Part shown: piece by piece, positions 12,543-21,486 of the stretch
Layout: the number at the start of each line of letters is the position of its first letter
Position numbering within the stretch: position 1 is the first letter of the stretch
DNA from: Anaeromyxobacteraceae bacterium
GTDB taxonomy: Bacteria; Myxococcota; Myxococcia; Myxococcales; Anaeromyxobacteraceae
Assembly (NCBI GenBank): GCA_047602405.1
Contig: JASGHJ010000001.1
Location: forward strand, 1,056,001-1,120,000
Length of the DNA: 64,000 bases
Direction of reading: 5' to 3'
Translations under genes and position numbers: made by a program
Notes under the pieces: generated by a model
Seen by the model: the letters and a program-made list of their open reading frames with translations, nothing else
Told to the model about the DNA's origin: nothing
The model's database searches: none

Positions 12543-13538
12543 ATGCCTCGCGCCGCGATCGCCGCCCTCGGGACGTACGTGCCGGACCGCGTCGTCACGA
12601 ACGAGGAGCTCACCCGCTACATGGAGACGTCCGACGCCTGGATCCAGGAGCGGACGGGCATCAAGGAGCGGCGCTGGGTGCCGGAGGGCGTCGGCAACAG
12701 CGACATGGCCCTCGAGGCCACGAACCGGGCGCTCGCGAAGGCCGGCTGGAAGGCCACCGACGTCGAGGCGATCATCTACGCCACGCTGTCGACCGACCAC
12801 ATGTTCCCGGGCGACGGGTGCTTCCTCAACGCGAAGCTCGGCATCCCCGGCGTCCCGGCGCTCGACATCCGCAACCAGTGCTCGGGCTTCGTCTACGGGC
12901 TCTCCATCGCCGACGCCTGGATCCGGGCCGGCGTCTACCGGAAGGTCCTCCTCGTCGGCTCCGAGATCCACTCGACCGGCATCGACGTGACGACGCGCGG
13001 CCGCGACGTCGCGGTGATCTTCGGGGACGGCGCGGGCGCCGCGCTCCTCGAGGCGACCGACGACCCGGACCGCGGCGTGCTCTCGGTGGAGCTCCACGCC
13101 GACGGCCGCGGCGCGAAGGACCTGTGGACCGACGCGCCGGGCAGCCGGTACCACCCGCGGGTGCAGGTCGCGCAGATCGAGAGCGGCGCGATCTTCCCGC
13201 ACATGGAGGGGCAGAAGGTCTTCAAGAACGCCATCGTGAGGATGCCCGAGGTCGTCCGCTCGGTCCTCTCGAAGCACGGCCTCACGCCCGCCGACCTGAA
13301 GCTGCTCGTGCCCCACCAGGCGAACCTCCGGATCGCCCAGATGGTCCAGCGCTCGCTCGAGCTGCCGGACGAGAAGGTCTGGAACAACATCCAGAAGTAC
13401 GGCAACACGACCGCCGCCTCCATCCCGCTGGCCCTCGAGGAGGGCGTCGCCGAGCGGGGCGTGAAGCGGGGCGACCTCGTGGCCCTGGCCGCGTTCGGGG
13501 CGGGTTTCACTTGGGCCGGGGCCCTGCTACGCTGGTAG
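12543..13538 (+). CDS. fabH: 3-oxoacyl-ACP synthase III
   Basis: QCSGF catalytic Cys, FGDGAGA, PHQAN, YGNT; RBS GAGGAG. Confidence 0.93.
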   Translation: MPRAAIAALGTYVPDRVVTNEELTRYMETSDAWIQERTGIKERRWVPEGVGNSDMALEATNRALAKAGWKATDVEAIIYATLSTDHMFPGDGCFLNAKLGIPGVPALDIRNQCSGFVYGLSIADAWIRAGVYRKVLLVGSEIHSTGIDVTTRGRDVAVIFGDGAGAALLEATDDPDRGVLSVELHADGRGAKDLWTDAPGSRYHPRVQVAQIESGAIFPHMEGQKVFKNAIVRMPEVVRSVLSKHGLTPADLKLLVPHQANLRIAQMVQRSLELPDEKVWNNIQKYGNTTAASIPLALEEGVAERGVKRGDLVALAAFGAGFTWAGALLRW

Positions 13539-13589
13539 AGCAACCCGGGTCCCCCTTCGAGCAGGAACGTCCGTGCCACGGAACGGTTC

Positions 13590-13663
13590 TGAGGCGTCGT
13601 CCAACGGCAGGACTGCGGACTTTGGATCCGCGTATGAAGGTTCGAATCCTTCCGCCTCAGCCA
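13590..13663 (+). tRNA. tRNA-Gln(TTG)
   Basis: Cloverleaf TGAGGCG...CGCCTCAGCCA, anticodon TTG at 13622-13624, T-loop GGTTCGAATCC. Confidence 0.96.
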
Positions 13664-13743
13664 GCACCGCTGGTGACAACGCCGCCAGCGCCCCGGGCGC
13701 CGGCGCCACGAAGCCCGCCAACCTTCGCGCGGAGCTGAAGCCC

Positions 13744-14280
13744 TTGCCCCGTCCGGCGCTCATCATCCTCGTCGGCCTGGGGCAGGTGGCCCCCCGCACG
13801 CTCCACGACGCGGCGCACGGCCTCAAGGACGTGCTCGGGATCCCCTCGAAGCTCGGGCCCGGCCTGGACCGGCCGAAGTACGCCTTCAACGAGAGCCGTG
13901 GCCAGTACCACGCGACCTCGATCCTCCGCCGGCTCTCGCAGCTCGGCTCGGGCTCGAACCACGCGCCGGTCATCGGCATCTCCGACGTCGACCTCTTCCT
14001 GCCCGACGCGCCGTACGTCATCGGCGACGCCGACCGTGACGCGTCCGCCGCGCTCTTCTCGCTGTTCCGGCTCTCGCACGGCGACCCCGAGGTCGTGCGC
14101 AAGCGCGCCCAGGTCGAGACCGTCCACGCGGCGGGTCACCTGCTCGGCCTGTCGCACTGCCCGGACGCGCGCTGCGCGATGTTCCTCTCGCGCGACGCCG
14201 CCGACTCCGACCGCAAGGGCCCCGGGCTGTGCGGGGCCTGCCGCGCCGCGATCGGCCTCGAGCACCCACCGCGGCCATGA
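13744..14280 (+). CDS. Archaemetzincin (peptidase M54)-like protein lacking the catalytic Glu
   Basis: RGQY, HAAGHLLGLSHC..RCAM and CGAC motifs; TTG start after GGAG. Confidence 0.85.
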   Translation: MPRPALIILVGLGQVAPRTLHDAAHGLKDVLGIPSKLGPGLDRPKYAFNESRGQYHATSILRRLSQLGSGSNHAPVIGISDVDLFLPDAPYVIGDADRDASAALFSLFRLSHGDPEVVRKRAQVETVHAAGHLLGLSHCPDARCAMFLSRDAADSDRKGPGLCGACRAAIGLEHPPRP

Positions 14281-15095
14281 TCGCGCTCTGCCAGCGCGCG
14301 GCCGGCTCCTGCGGCGCGTGCTGCGGCCTCTACAACGCGCACGACCTCTCCCGCGACCGGCTCCGGGCGGAGCTCCGGCGGAGGACCGCGCGCGTCGCCG
14401 CCGCGCCGCGCACGCTCGAGGGCTTCCGGGCGGCCGCGGCCGACCTCGCGCCGGGCCTGCCCGAGCCGCTCTTCCCGTCGGTGCGGGTGTGCGCGCTGCT
14501 CGGGTTCCTCGATGCGGCGGAGACCCGCGTGGGCTGCCTCGCGCACCCGCTCTCGACGCGCGCGGCCGGCGACGCTCGAGGCCCAGATCTCCGTGACGCC
14601 GGCGTCTACGACGCCGGCATCTGCGAGTCGTTCCTCTGCCCGAGCCACTCCTGGCTCAACGAGGAGGAGGCCACGCTCGTCGAGCTCGCGGCCGGCGACT
14701 TTCACCTCTACGGCCTCGTCGTCACCGACGTGCCGTTCTTCAGGGCCTGCCTCGCCGGCGTCGCCGCGCGGGCGGGCGAGGCGGTCCGCGCGCGGCACCT
14801 CGCGCACGCGCCGTTCGCGGCGGCGCTCCGGCGCCTCCTCGCGCTGAAGGAGGAGCTCGCCCCCGGCTCCGACGGCCTCTTCGGCGCGTTCGAGCCCGCG
14901 CCGGACGGTGGCGAGGCGCCCCGGCACATCGACTACGAGGCCCTGGGCCGCCCTGCGTCGCCGTACGACGAGATCCTGCTCTGCGCCGGCGCGGATCCCC
15001 GGAGCGGCAACGACCTCGACGCGCTCGAGGCCGAGGTCGTGCGCCGGCTGGACGGGGCGGTGCGGGCGTTTCCCGCGCCCCCCGCCCGTCCTTAA
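14277..15095 (+). CDS. Cys-rich hypothetical protein (possible Fe-S or Zn binding)
   Basis: ATGA overlap with upstream gene; CGACCGLYN, VGCLAHP, CESFLCPSH. Confidence 0.75.
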   Translation: MIALCQRAAGSCGACCGLYNAHDLSRDRLRAELRRRTARVAAAPRTLEGFRAAAADLAPGLPEPLFPSVRVCALLGFLDAAETRVGCLAHPLSTRAAGDARGPDLRDAGVYDAGICESFLCPSHSWLNEEEATLVELAAGDFHLYGLVVTDVPFFRACLAGVAARAGEAVRARHLAHAPFAAALRRLLALKEELAPGSDGLFGAFEPAPDGGEAPRHIDYEALGRPASPYDEILLCAGADPRSGNDLDALEAEVVRRLDGAVRAFPAPPARP

Positions 15096-15107
15096 CGTTG
15101 GGATGAG

Positions 15108-16073
15108 ATGGGGCTCATCCGTCGGCTCGTGGACGAGCCGGGCGCGGACTCGCCCGTGGAGTACGCCCGGAGGGTGGGCGCCCTCGCGGTCCTGTACCCG
15201 CTCGTCACCCTGGGGGCGCTCGCGGGCGAGCTCCTGCTGGGCCTCCGCGTCCGCCTGCTCGTGACGCTCGCGCAGCGCTCCAACGTCGAGACGCTCACCC
15301 TCGCCTTCTTCGCGGTCTTCTTCGCCTACGTAGGGGTGCTCGCGGGCCGGGGCGCGCCGGGCGCACTCCGCGTGCTGGCCTGGCGTGCGCTCGCCCGGCT
15401 CCATGGGCGGGAGGCGACCGAGCGTGCGCGGCACCGCGCCCTCCGCCCGGCCTGCGGGGAGGGGCCGTTCGTGGCGCTCAACGTGGTGCTCGAGCGGCCG
15501 GGGCGCCCGGGCGCGCCGTTCTCCCTGCCGGTGGAGGACGCCGCCGGCCGCATCGGCCACCTCGAGGTGGACGGCGCCTGCGTCCGCGACCGGCCGGAGC
15601 GGCAGGACGGCTCGACCAACCTGCTCGCGTTCTTCGCGCGGCAGGTCTCGTCGCTCGCGCCCGCCCCCGGCGGCCGCGGGGTGGACGTGGTCGCCTGGGG
15701 GACCCTCGACGACGACCAGACCCGCGCCTACCTCGCGCAGGTGGACTTCGCGCGAAACCTCGGCGCCGCCCTGGGCCACGAGGGGCTCTGGCCGCGGGTC
15801 GTGCTCGACGACGCGCAGGTGGCGGAGCTCGGGCGCCGGATCGCCGCGATCTGTCCGGCGCTCCGCGAGGAGGCCCAGCTGCCGCACTGGGAGTACGAGG
15901 CGGAGCACAAGCTGCCCATCGTGCCGGAGCCGCTCGGGCTCGCGAGCCTCGGCCGCACCGAGCGGCGCGCCGACCCGCTGCCTGCGCTCGCCGCGCTCAC
16001 CTGGGCGGTCTTCACCGCGCTCGGGATCCTGGTGGCGGTGACGGTCGCCCCGCCCTGGGTGCCGGGGAAGTGA
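15108..16073 (+). CDS. Hypothetical membrane protein
   Basis: Two N-terminal and one C-terminal hydrophobic segments. Confidence 0.65.
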   Translation: MGLIRRLVDEPGADSPVEYARRVGALAVLYPLVTLGALAGELLLGLRVRLLVTLAQRSNVETLTLAFFAVFFAYVGVLAGRGAPGALRVLAWRALARLHGREATERARHRALRPACGEGPFVALNVVLERPGRPGAPFSLPVEDAAGRIGHLEVDGACVRDRPERQDGSTNLLAFFARQVSSLAPAPGGRGVDVVAWGTLDDDQTRAYLAQVDFARNLGAALGHEGLWPRVVLDDAQVAELGRRIAAICPALREEAQLPHWEYEAEHKLPIVPEPLGLASLGRTERRADPLPALAALTWAVFTALGILVAVTVAPPWVPGK

Positions 16074-16411
16074 CCGTGGCTCGGCGCGCGCTCCTGCCGC
16101 TCCTCTGCGGCCTCCTCCTCGCCGCCCTCTACGCGCGCGGCTGCGCCGGCCCGAGGCCCGAGCTCGTGTTCGTCGCGCTCTCGCCGGCGCCGGACGGCGG
16201 CGCCGTCCCCACCGCGCGGGTGCGGAACCGCGGAGGCACGGGGGAGGTCGAGGTGCGCTTCCGGCTCCGCGAGGTGGTGGGCGCTCGCGTCGTCGCGGCC
16301 GAGGCGAACGGGGAGGTCGAGGCGGGCGAGACCGTCGAGCTCCGGGCCGCCGAGCGGGCTCCGCCGGGGCGCTGGACGGTCAGCGCCGAGGTGGAGTACC
16401 CGCCGGAGTGA
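16070..16411 (+). CDS. Hypothetical exported beta-rich protein
   Basis: GTGA overlap; signal-peptide-like N-terminus; Ig-like strand pattern. Confidence 0.6.
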   Translation: MTVARRALLPLLCGLLLAALYARGCAGPRPELVFVALSPAPDGGAVPTARVRNRGGTGEVEVRFRLREVVGARVVAAEANGEVEAGETVELRAAERAPPGRWTVSAEVEYPPE

Positions 16412-16423
16412 GCGGCGGCCGGG

Positions 16424-16452
16424 TTGATTCCTGATATCCAGTTGGATATAAG
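16424..16452 (+). promoter_or_regulatory. sigma70 promoter with overlapping palindromic operator of the TA operon
   Basis: TTGATT-17bp-TATAAG; inverted repeat ATATCCA-GT-TGGATAT at 16434-16449. Confidence 0.75.
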
Positions 16453-16460
16453 CCCACCTC

Positions 16461-16775
16461 GTGTTCGAGGTGCGCTTCTACTCGACCGAAGCGGCCCGGT
16501 CGCAGCCGACCGACTTCCTCGGTTCGTTGCCTGCCCGTGATCGGGCGCAGGTCGTGGCGGACATCGCAGCGCTCCGGGATCACGGACTGCAGGCGCCGAT
16601 CTCCATGAAGCCGATCAAGGGGCGCCAGAACCGGGGCATGTTCGAGATTCGAACGGGAGGATTCCGCACGCTCTTCTGCCAGCGCAGCGGGGTGGTCTGG
16701 ATCCTCCACATCTGTCGCAAGCAGGATCAGGACGCGGGCATCGAGGCGGCCAGCGCAAGGATGAAGAGGCTCTGA
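16461..16775 (+). CDS. RelE/HigB-like (Gp49-type) toxin
   Basis: MFEIRTGGFRTLF...WILHICRKQ; toxin-first gene order ahead of an XRE gene. Confidence 0.8.
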   Translation: MFEVRFYSTEAARSQPTDFLGSLPARDRAQVVADIAALRDHGLQAPISMKPIKGRQNRGMFEIRTGGFRTLFCQRSGVVWILHICRKQDQDAGIEAASARMKRL

Positions 16776-16776
16776 G

Positions 16777-17184
16777 ATGAGGAAGACGACAAGGCCGGCG
16801 AAGCGAACGCCGAAGGCGAAGCGCCCGGGCGGGGTGGGGCTGGACGCGTACCTCGGTCAGCAGCTCGAGGATCCCGGCTTCCGTCACGCGTACGAGCAGC
16901 GGCGGCTCGTTCACGAGGTGGCCATCGTGGTCCGCAGCATGCGTGAGCAGGCCGGGCTCACCCAGGCGCAGCTCGCGAAGCTGGTGGGCGTCAGCCAGCC
17001 GATGATCGCCCGCATGGAGCGCGGCCTCGATCAGCGGACGCCGCGCTGGGAGACGTTGCGGAAGATCGGCCGGGCGCTCGGAAAGCAGCTGAAGCTCTCG
17101 TTCGTCGATGCGGACGGAGACGAGGCGCTCGTGGAGGTGGACGGGATGCCGGTGCGCCGTGCCGAGGCTTCGCAGCGAACCTAG
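16777..17184 (+). CDS. XRE-family HTH antitoxin (HigA-like)
   Basis: REQAGLTQAQLAKLVGVSQPMIARMERG...PRWETLRKI. Confidence 0.85.
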   Translation: MRKTTRPAKRTPKAKRPGGVGLDAYLGQQLEDPGFRHAYEQRRLVHEVAIVVRSMREQAGLTQAQLAKLVGVSQPMIARMERGLDQRTPRWETLRKIGRALGKQLKLSFVDADGDEALVEVDGMPVRRAEASQRT

Positions 17185-17488
17185 AGCGCGAGGCGTCCCT
17201 TCAGGGACATCACCGGTGATGTCCCCGCGGGGTTGCGGTCCTCGTGGAGTCGATGGCGTCGCTCGAGCTCCGTCCGTCCGGAGACGACGGCCGGAAGCGA
17301 GGGCCCTGCGCGTCACGGCCTGGAGGCGCGCCCTGGCGGCGTGGGCGGTCTCGGTCCTGTTCGTGCTCGCGGGCCTGTGGGCTTTCGGGGAGCGGTTCCG
17401 GTCTTGAGCCCGGGATTCGTTCCAGGATCGGGTGCGTCCCTCGTCTTCGGGCCGCTGCGCGGCCCTACGCTGCTTCGAAATGCCGGGG

Positions 17489-18743
17489 TTAGGAGGTGAC
17501 CGCCTCGGGTGTCTGTGAGGTGACGGTCACGCTATAGCCGAGGCGCTCAAGGCGGCGAACGAGGTTCTTGGCGACGCGCTTTTCGTCGACCCGGTCGAGG
17601 TAGGTGTCCCCGAGGTCCTCGTACGGCACGTGTTTCGTGAGGATTCTCATAGGCAGCGTTGAGGATCTTGTGGGCGATGGCGAAGGTGGCTCGCTTGTGT
17701 CCTCGGCGGGCCTTGAGGCGGAAGTACTTGTCTCGCAGGTAGGTCTTCTTGGTGCGGATGGCTGCGCCGGCAGCCTCGACCAGGGTCGACCGGAGGTGAA
17801 CGTTCCCCTTCCGCGAACGCCCGGAGCGCCGCTTCCCGGCCGATTCGTCGTTCCCGGGGCAGACGCCAGCCCAACTCGCCAGGTGGCGCGGGCCGCCGAA
17901 GACGGACATGTCGGGGCCGATCTCAGCGAGAAGTGACGCGCTGGTCTGGACCTTCACGCCCGGGATCGTCGAAAGCAGCTTGACCTGCTCGCGATAGGGC
18001 TCGAGTCGGCGCTCGATCTCCCTCTCTAGCGTGTCGACGTCGCGGTCAGCAGCGTCGAGCCGGTCGAGCTGTAGCCGCAACATGTACCGGTGGTGATCGC
18101 GGAGCCGGCCGTCGAGGGCGGCCTCGAGCTCGGGGATCTTCTTACGTAGGAGCCCTTCGGCGAGCTTCGCGAGGTTGCGCGGGTCGGATTCGCCATCGGC
18201 CATCGCTCGCAGCATCGCCATGCCAGACTTGCCAAAGACATCCGAGGCAACGCTTGCGAGCTTCACGTTCGCGGTCTCGAGGACCTTCTGTAGTCGATTG
18301 CGCTCGGACGTCCGGGCCTGGACGACCGAGCGTCGGTACCGAACGAGGTCCCGTAGGTCGCGAAGGTAGAGCGGCGGCACGTAGCTCTTGCGGATCAGCC
18401 CCATCCTCACGAGTCGGGCGATCCACTCCGAGTCCTTCACGTCCGTCTTGCGGCCTGGGACGTTCTTCATGTGCTGCGCGTTGCCAACGACGAGCTCGAG
18501 CTCGCCCGCCGACTCCAGCACCGCGTAAACGGGCTTCCAGTAGACGCCCGTGCTCTCCATGGCCACGTGCGTGACGTGCTCCTCGCGCAGCCACTCCACG
18601 AGCGCCAGCAAGTCGCGCGTGAACGTCGAGAACTCCCTCACGCACTTGCGCAGCCTGGAGCCCTCTCCCAGCAGCACGCAGGCCGTCACTTGCTCCTTGT
18701 GAACGTCGAGTCCACAGACCCGATCGACAACGATTCCTTCCAT
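17489..18743 (-). pseudogene. IS110 DEDD recombinase/transposase with a +1 frameshift at about 17644 (real or sequencing error)
   Basis: GLDVHK, MESTG, KTDVKD, IPGV and ESAGK motifs; removing one base gives the family-type tail YEILTKHVPYEDLGDTYLDR...LVRRLERLGYSV ending at TAA 17489. Confidence 0.9.
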
Positions 18744-18749
18744 GACCAC

Positions 18750-19000
18750 CTCCGGGGAAGGAGGCGGTCGCTGCGCCGCGGGGTAGCTTCTAGGACACTG
18801 CTTCACGCCCTTCCCAGGCATGCATCTGCCCAGGTACGGCACACCGTGGTACCCATTCGCAGCGCGGGCCGGTCTCGGGGACGGGGTTCCTGGCAGGACC
18901 GCCGAACGTAGCAACGGCCTTCTGAGCGACCACCTCCGAGGTCGATCGCTACACCGGGACCGCCCGCGCGCTCAACCAACGGCAGGCATTTCATGCCCCC
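18750..19000 (-). ncRNA. Putative IS110 bridge/seek RNA (boundaries approximate)
   Basis: Structured non-coding end; internal loop with CUACGUU (18905-18911) and CCCCGAG (18874-18880) complementary to both target flanks; GAAGCAG (18798-18804) matches the donor end. Confidence 0.75.
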
Positions 19001-19074
19001 CGGTGGACGTGTCCGTCCATGAGGTCTCGGGACGAACGGGAGTTGACCTTCCCCGTTCGCCCCGACCGCAGCCC

Positions 19075-19596
19075 TCACGCCATCGCGTGGCCGTGCCCGT
19101 GACCACCGTGCCCGCCGTGCATCCCGCGGCGATGGCCGCACCGGCCGCGGCGCCCGGGGCCCTCGGCGACCATCGCGGCGAGCTCGGTGCGCTGCGCGGG
19201 GTCGAGCGACGCGTGCACGCGGGCGATCGAGCCGGCGAGCCGGGTGCGGAGCGCGGACAGCTTCGCGAGCGGGCCCTCGAGCGCGGCGGAGACGGCGGCC
19301 TCGTCGAGCGCGGGCTCGGCGAGGAGCTTCGCGAGGGAAGCCCGCACGCCGGCGGCCTCGCCGCGCAGCTCCTGGGCGTCGAAGAAGAGCGCGTCGAGCT
19401 CGGCCTTCAGGATGCGCTCCTGCTCGGGCTTCGCGCCGAGGCGGCGGAAGAGCCAGACCATGCGTGCGCGGGGGCCGTGCACGCCGCCCCGGCGGGCGAA
19501 GCGGTGGAAGGCGGCGCGGAAGACGAGGCGGCGCAGCGCGCCGAGGACGAAGAGGGCGGCGATCGCGCCGAGGAAACCGGACCAGAACGGGGACAT
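19075..19596 (-). CDS. Spy/CpxP- or periplasmic metal-sensor-like helical protein with His-rich tail
   Basis: N-terminal TM segment, LGAKPEQ and LDPAQR (LTxxQ-like) motifs, tail HGGHGGHGHGH. Confidence 0.65.
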   Translation of the reverse strand: MSPFWSGFLGAIAALFVLGALRRLVFRAAFHRFARRGGVHGPRARMVWLFRRLGAKPEQERILKAELDALFFDAQELRGEAAGVRASLAKLLAEPALDEAAVSAALEGPLAKLSALRTRLAGSIARVHASLDPAQRTELAAMVAEGPGRRGRCGHRRGMHGGHGGHGHGHAMA

Positions 19597-19701
19597 CGTT
19601 GCTGCCTCCTTGGCAGTCGTTGGACGGTGCCAAGGTAGGGGCCGCCCTTTGCTCGAGGGTTTCGTGAAGGTGAAGAACCGTGAAGGGTAGAATCCCGAGC
19701 G

Positions 19702-20652
19702 ATGACGCCCGCTCTCGTTGCCCTCGTCCTCGCCGCCGCGCCCGCTGCGCCGCCCGACGAGGTGATCCTCCTCGGCCTGCGCCAGAACCGCGGGCTCCTC
19801 ACGACCTGGGTGGTCGACGCGCGCGGCGCCTCCTGCGCCGGCTCCGGCCTCGCCGTGCCCAGGAAGGACGGCTTCTGGCGCCTCGACCTCGTGGAGCGGA
19901 AAGAGGGCGGCTTCATCGAGGCCGTCGTTCGCACCCGCGCCGGCGCCGCGAAGCCGCGGAAGCTCGGCCCGCCCGGCGAGCCGACCTGCTCCGGCTCGAA
20001 GCACGAGAACGTCCTCTTCGTCGGGCCCGACCACGTCTCGGTCGAGCGGCTCGACGAGGGCTACTGCGAGGGCGCGGCGCACCCCTGGGCCGCGCGCACG
20101 CTCCGCACCTTCCGGCTGGACGACCGGGAGCACGACCTCGACGTCCGCGCGGTCTTCGATCCGGCGGCGGGGCCGCTCCTCGCCCAGGCGTCCCGGAAGG
20201 CCCGCGCCGCGATGCGCGACCGCGAGCGCGCGGAGTGCCTCGTCGAGGAGGGCCTGCCGCAGAGCTTCGGGCTCGTCCGGCGGGAGGGCGCGTGGATCGT
20301 CCGCGCCGCGCTCGACCACGGCAACGAGTCCTGCCGGGGCAACGTCGAGTACTACTCGGTCGACCTGCCGGAGGTCCCGGTGCGGCTCACCGGCTCGCCG
20401 GCGTCGGCGCGGCCCTGGGCTGCCTGGGCGGCGGAGCAGCCCGGCCTCCTCGACGTCGTCGACACCGGGCGGCTCGCCGTGCTCGTCCGCAGCGACGGCT
20501 TCGAGGTGCTCGCGGGCGGGAAGCGCGTCGCGAAGGTCCCGCACCCGGGCGCGTCGCTCGTGATGGTGCAGTGGGCGAAGGGCAAGGCCGCGGCGCGCTG
20601 GCGGACCGAGGCGAAGCGGCTCCTCGACGGGCCGCTCGCGGTGCAGCGGTAG
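19702..20652 (+). CDS. Hypothetical secreted protein
   Basis: Signal peptide; GYCEGAAHP motif; GC3 bias. Confidence 0.7.
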   Translation: MTPALVALVLAAAPAAPPDEVILLGLRQNRGLLTTWVVDARGASCAGSGLAVPRKDGFWRLDLVERKEGGFIEAVVRTRAGAAKPRKLGPPGEPTCSGSKHENVLFVGPDHVSVERLDEGYCEGAAHPWAARTLRTFRLDDREHDLDVRAVFDPAAGPLLAQASRKARAAMRDRERAECLVEEGLPQSFGLVRREGAWIVRAALDHGNESCRGNVEYYSVDLPEVPVRLTGSPASARPWAAWAAEQPGLLDVVDTGRLAVLVRSDGFEVLAGGKRVAKVPHPGASLVMVQWAKGKAAARWRTEAKRLLDGPLAVQR

Positions 20653-20683
20653 CGCGCACCGCGCCGCGCGTGGGTCCTCGAGG

Positions 20684-21346
20684 TCAGGGCGGCGCCGCCG
20701 GCACCGGCGAGCCGGCCGCGCGCCACTCGGCGCGGCGCCGGTCCTGCTCGGCCTTGCGCGCGAGCGCGTCCTCGAGGCCGCGCGGCAGCTCCGCGAGGCG
20801 CGCGGCGTTGAGCTCGATCGCGAGCAGCAGCAGGCCGCGGTCCTGGTCGGGCAGGTCCGCGCCGCCCGCGTCGAGCGCCGCCTGCGCGAACCGGACCGCG
20901 TCCTCGTGCTCCTTCCGCCGCTCGGCGAAGTAGGTCCGCACCTCCTCCTCGGTGCCGGTGCCGGACAGGACCTTGCCGTAGAGCACGTTCACCGCCTTCG
21001 CGCGCTCGGCGCGGGCCTTCGCGACCTCCGGGTCCGACGTCGGCGCGCCGGTCTCCCAGTAGAGGTTCCCCGGCGTGACCTCGCGGAGCTGGGCGAGGTC
21101 GAGCGGGTACGGCCGCAGGGGCTCGCGCGGAACGGTCGCTGACCCCGCGCCGGGGTCGGGAGAAGGGGGCTGCGCGGCCGCGGGCACGGCGGGAGCGGCC
21201 GCGGGGACGAGGGAAGGGGCGGTGCCGGAGGGCGGGAGGCCCCGCGGCGGGGCGTCCTCACGCTGCGTGACGGGGCGCGTCGTGAGCCACGCGACCCCGG
21301 CGAGCGCCGTGGCGAGGACGAGGACGGCGAGGGCGGCACGACGCAT
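20684..21346 (-). CDS. Membrane-anchored helical hypothetical protein
   Basis: N-terminal TM segment, Pro/Ala linker, helical C-terminal domain ([19 protein letters not shown]). Confidence 0.7.
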   Translation of the reverse strand: MRRAALAVLVLATALAGVAWLTTRPVTQREDAPPRGLPPSGTAPSLVPAAAPAVPAAAQPPSPDPGAGSATVPREPLRPYPLDLAQLREVTPGNLYWETGAPTSDPEVAKARAERAKAVNVLYGKVLSGTGTEEEVRTYFAERRKEHEDAVRFAQAALDAGGADLPDQDRGLLLLAIELNAARLAELPRGLEDALARKAEQDRRRAEWRAAGSPVPAAPP

Positions 21347-21486
21347 CGCGGTGGGCTCCAGGCCGCCTGGGTTTCCTCTTGGGTCGCCTCCTCACGGAGC
21401 GTGGAGGGCGTCCGCGCGGACCCTTAGGCGGTGTGCTTCCCATGGCCGGTTCCCCGACCGGCCGCACCTCCCGGAGGGATGCTCCC

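Larger units (their letters stand above)
17470..19027 (-). mobile_element. IS110-family element inserted in a REP-like repeat, bounded by CT cores (17470-17471 and 19026-19027)
   Basis: Removing the element rebuilds CCCTCGTCTTCGGGCCGCTGCGCGGCCCTACG-CT-CGGGACGAACGG, matching the intact copies; no terminal IRs or long TSD. Confidence 0.92.

Noticed and set aside
13573..13743. N-terminal extension of the archaemetzincin ORF
   Set aside because: Overlaps tRNA-Gln; a TTG start with RBS at 13744 is more plausible
17300..17407. Small hydrophobic ORF (WRRALAAWAVSVLFVLAGLWAFGERFRS)
   Set aside because: No clear start codon or RBS; possibly a gene remnant
18744..18914. Extended N-terminus of the IS110 transposase ORF
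   Set aside because: The RuvC-like domain begins just after ATG 18743, which has a GGAGG RBS; the upstream part is the structured non-coding end
17477..18992. GAAATGCC/GGCATTTC as IS1111-type sub-terminal inverted repeats
   Set aside because: Only 8 bp and asymmetric (about 5 bp from one end, about 35 bp from the other); not counted as true IRs
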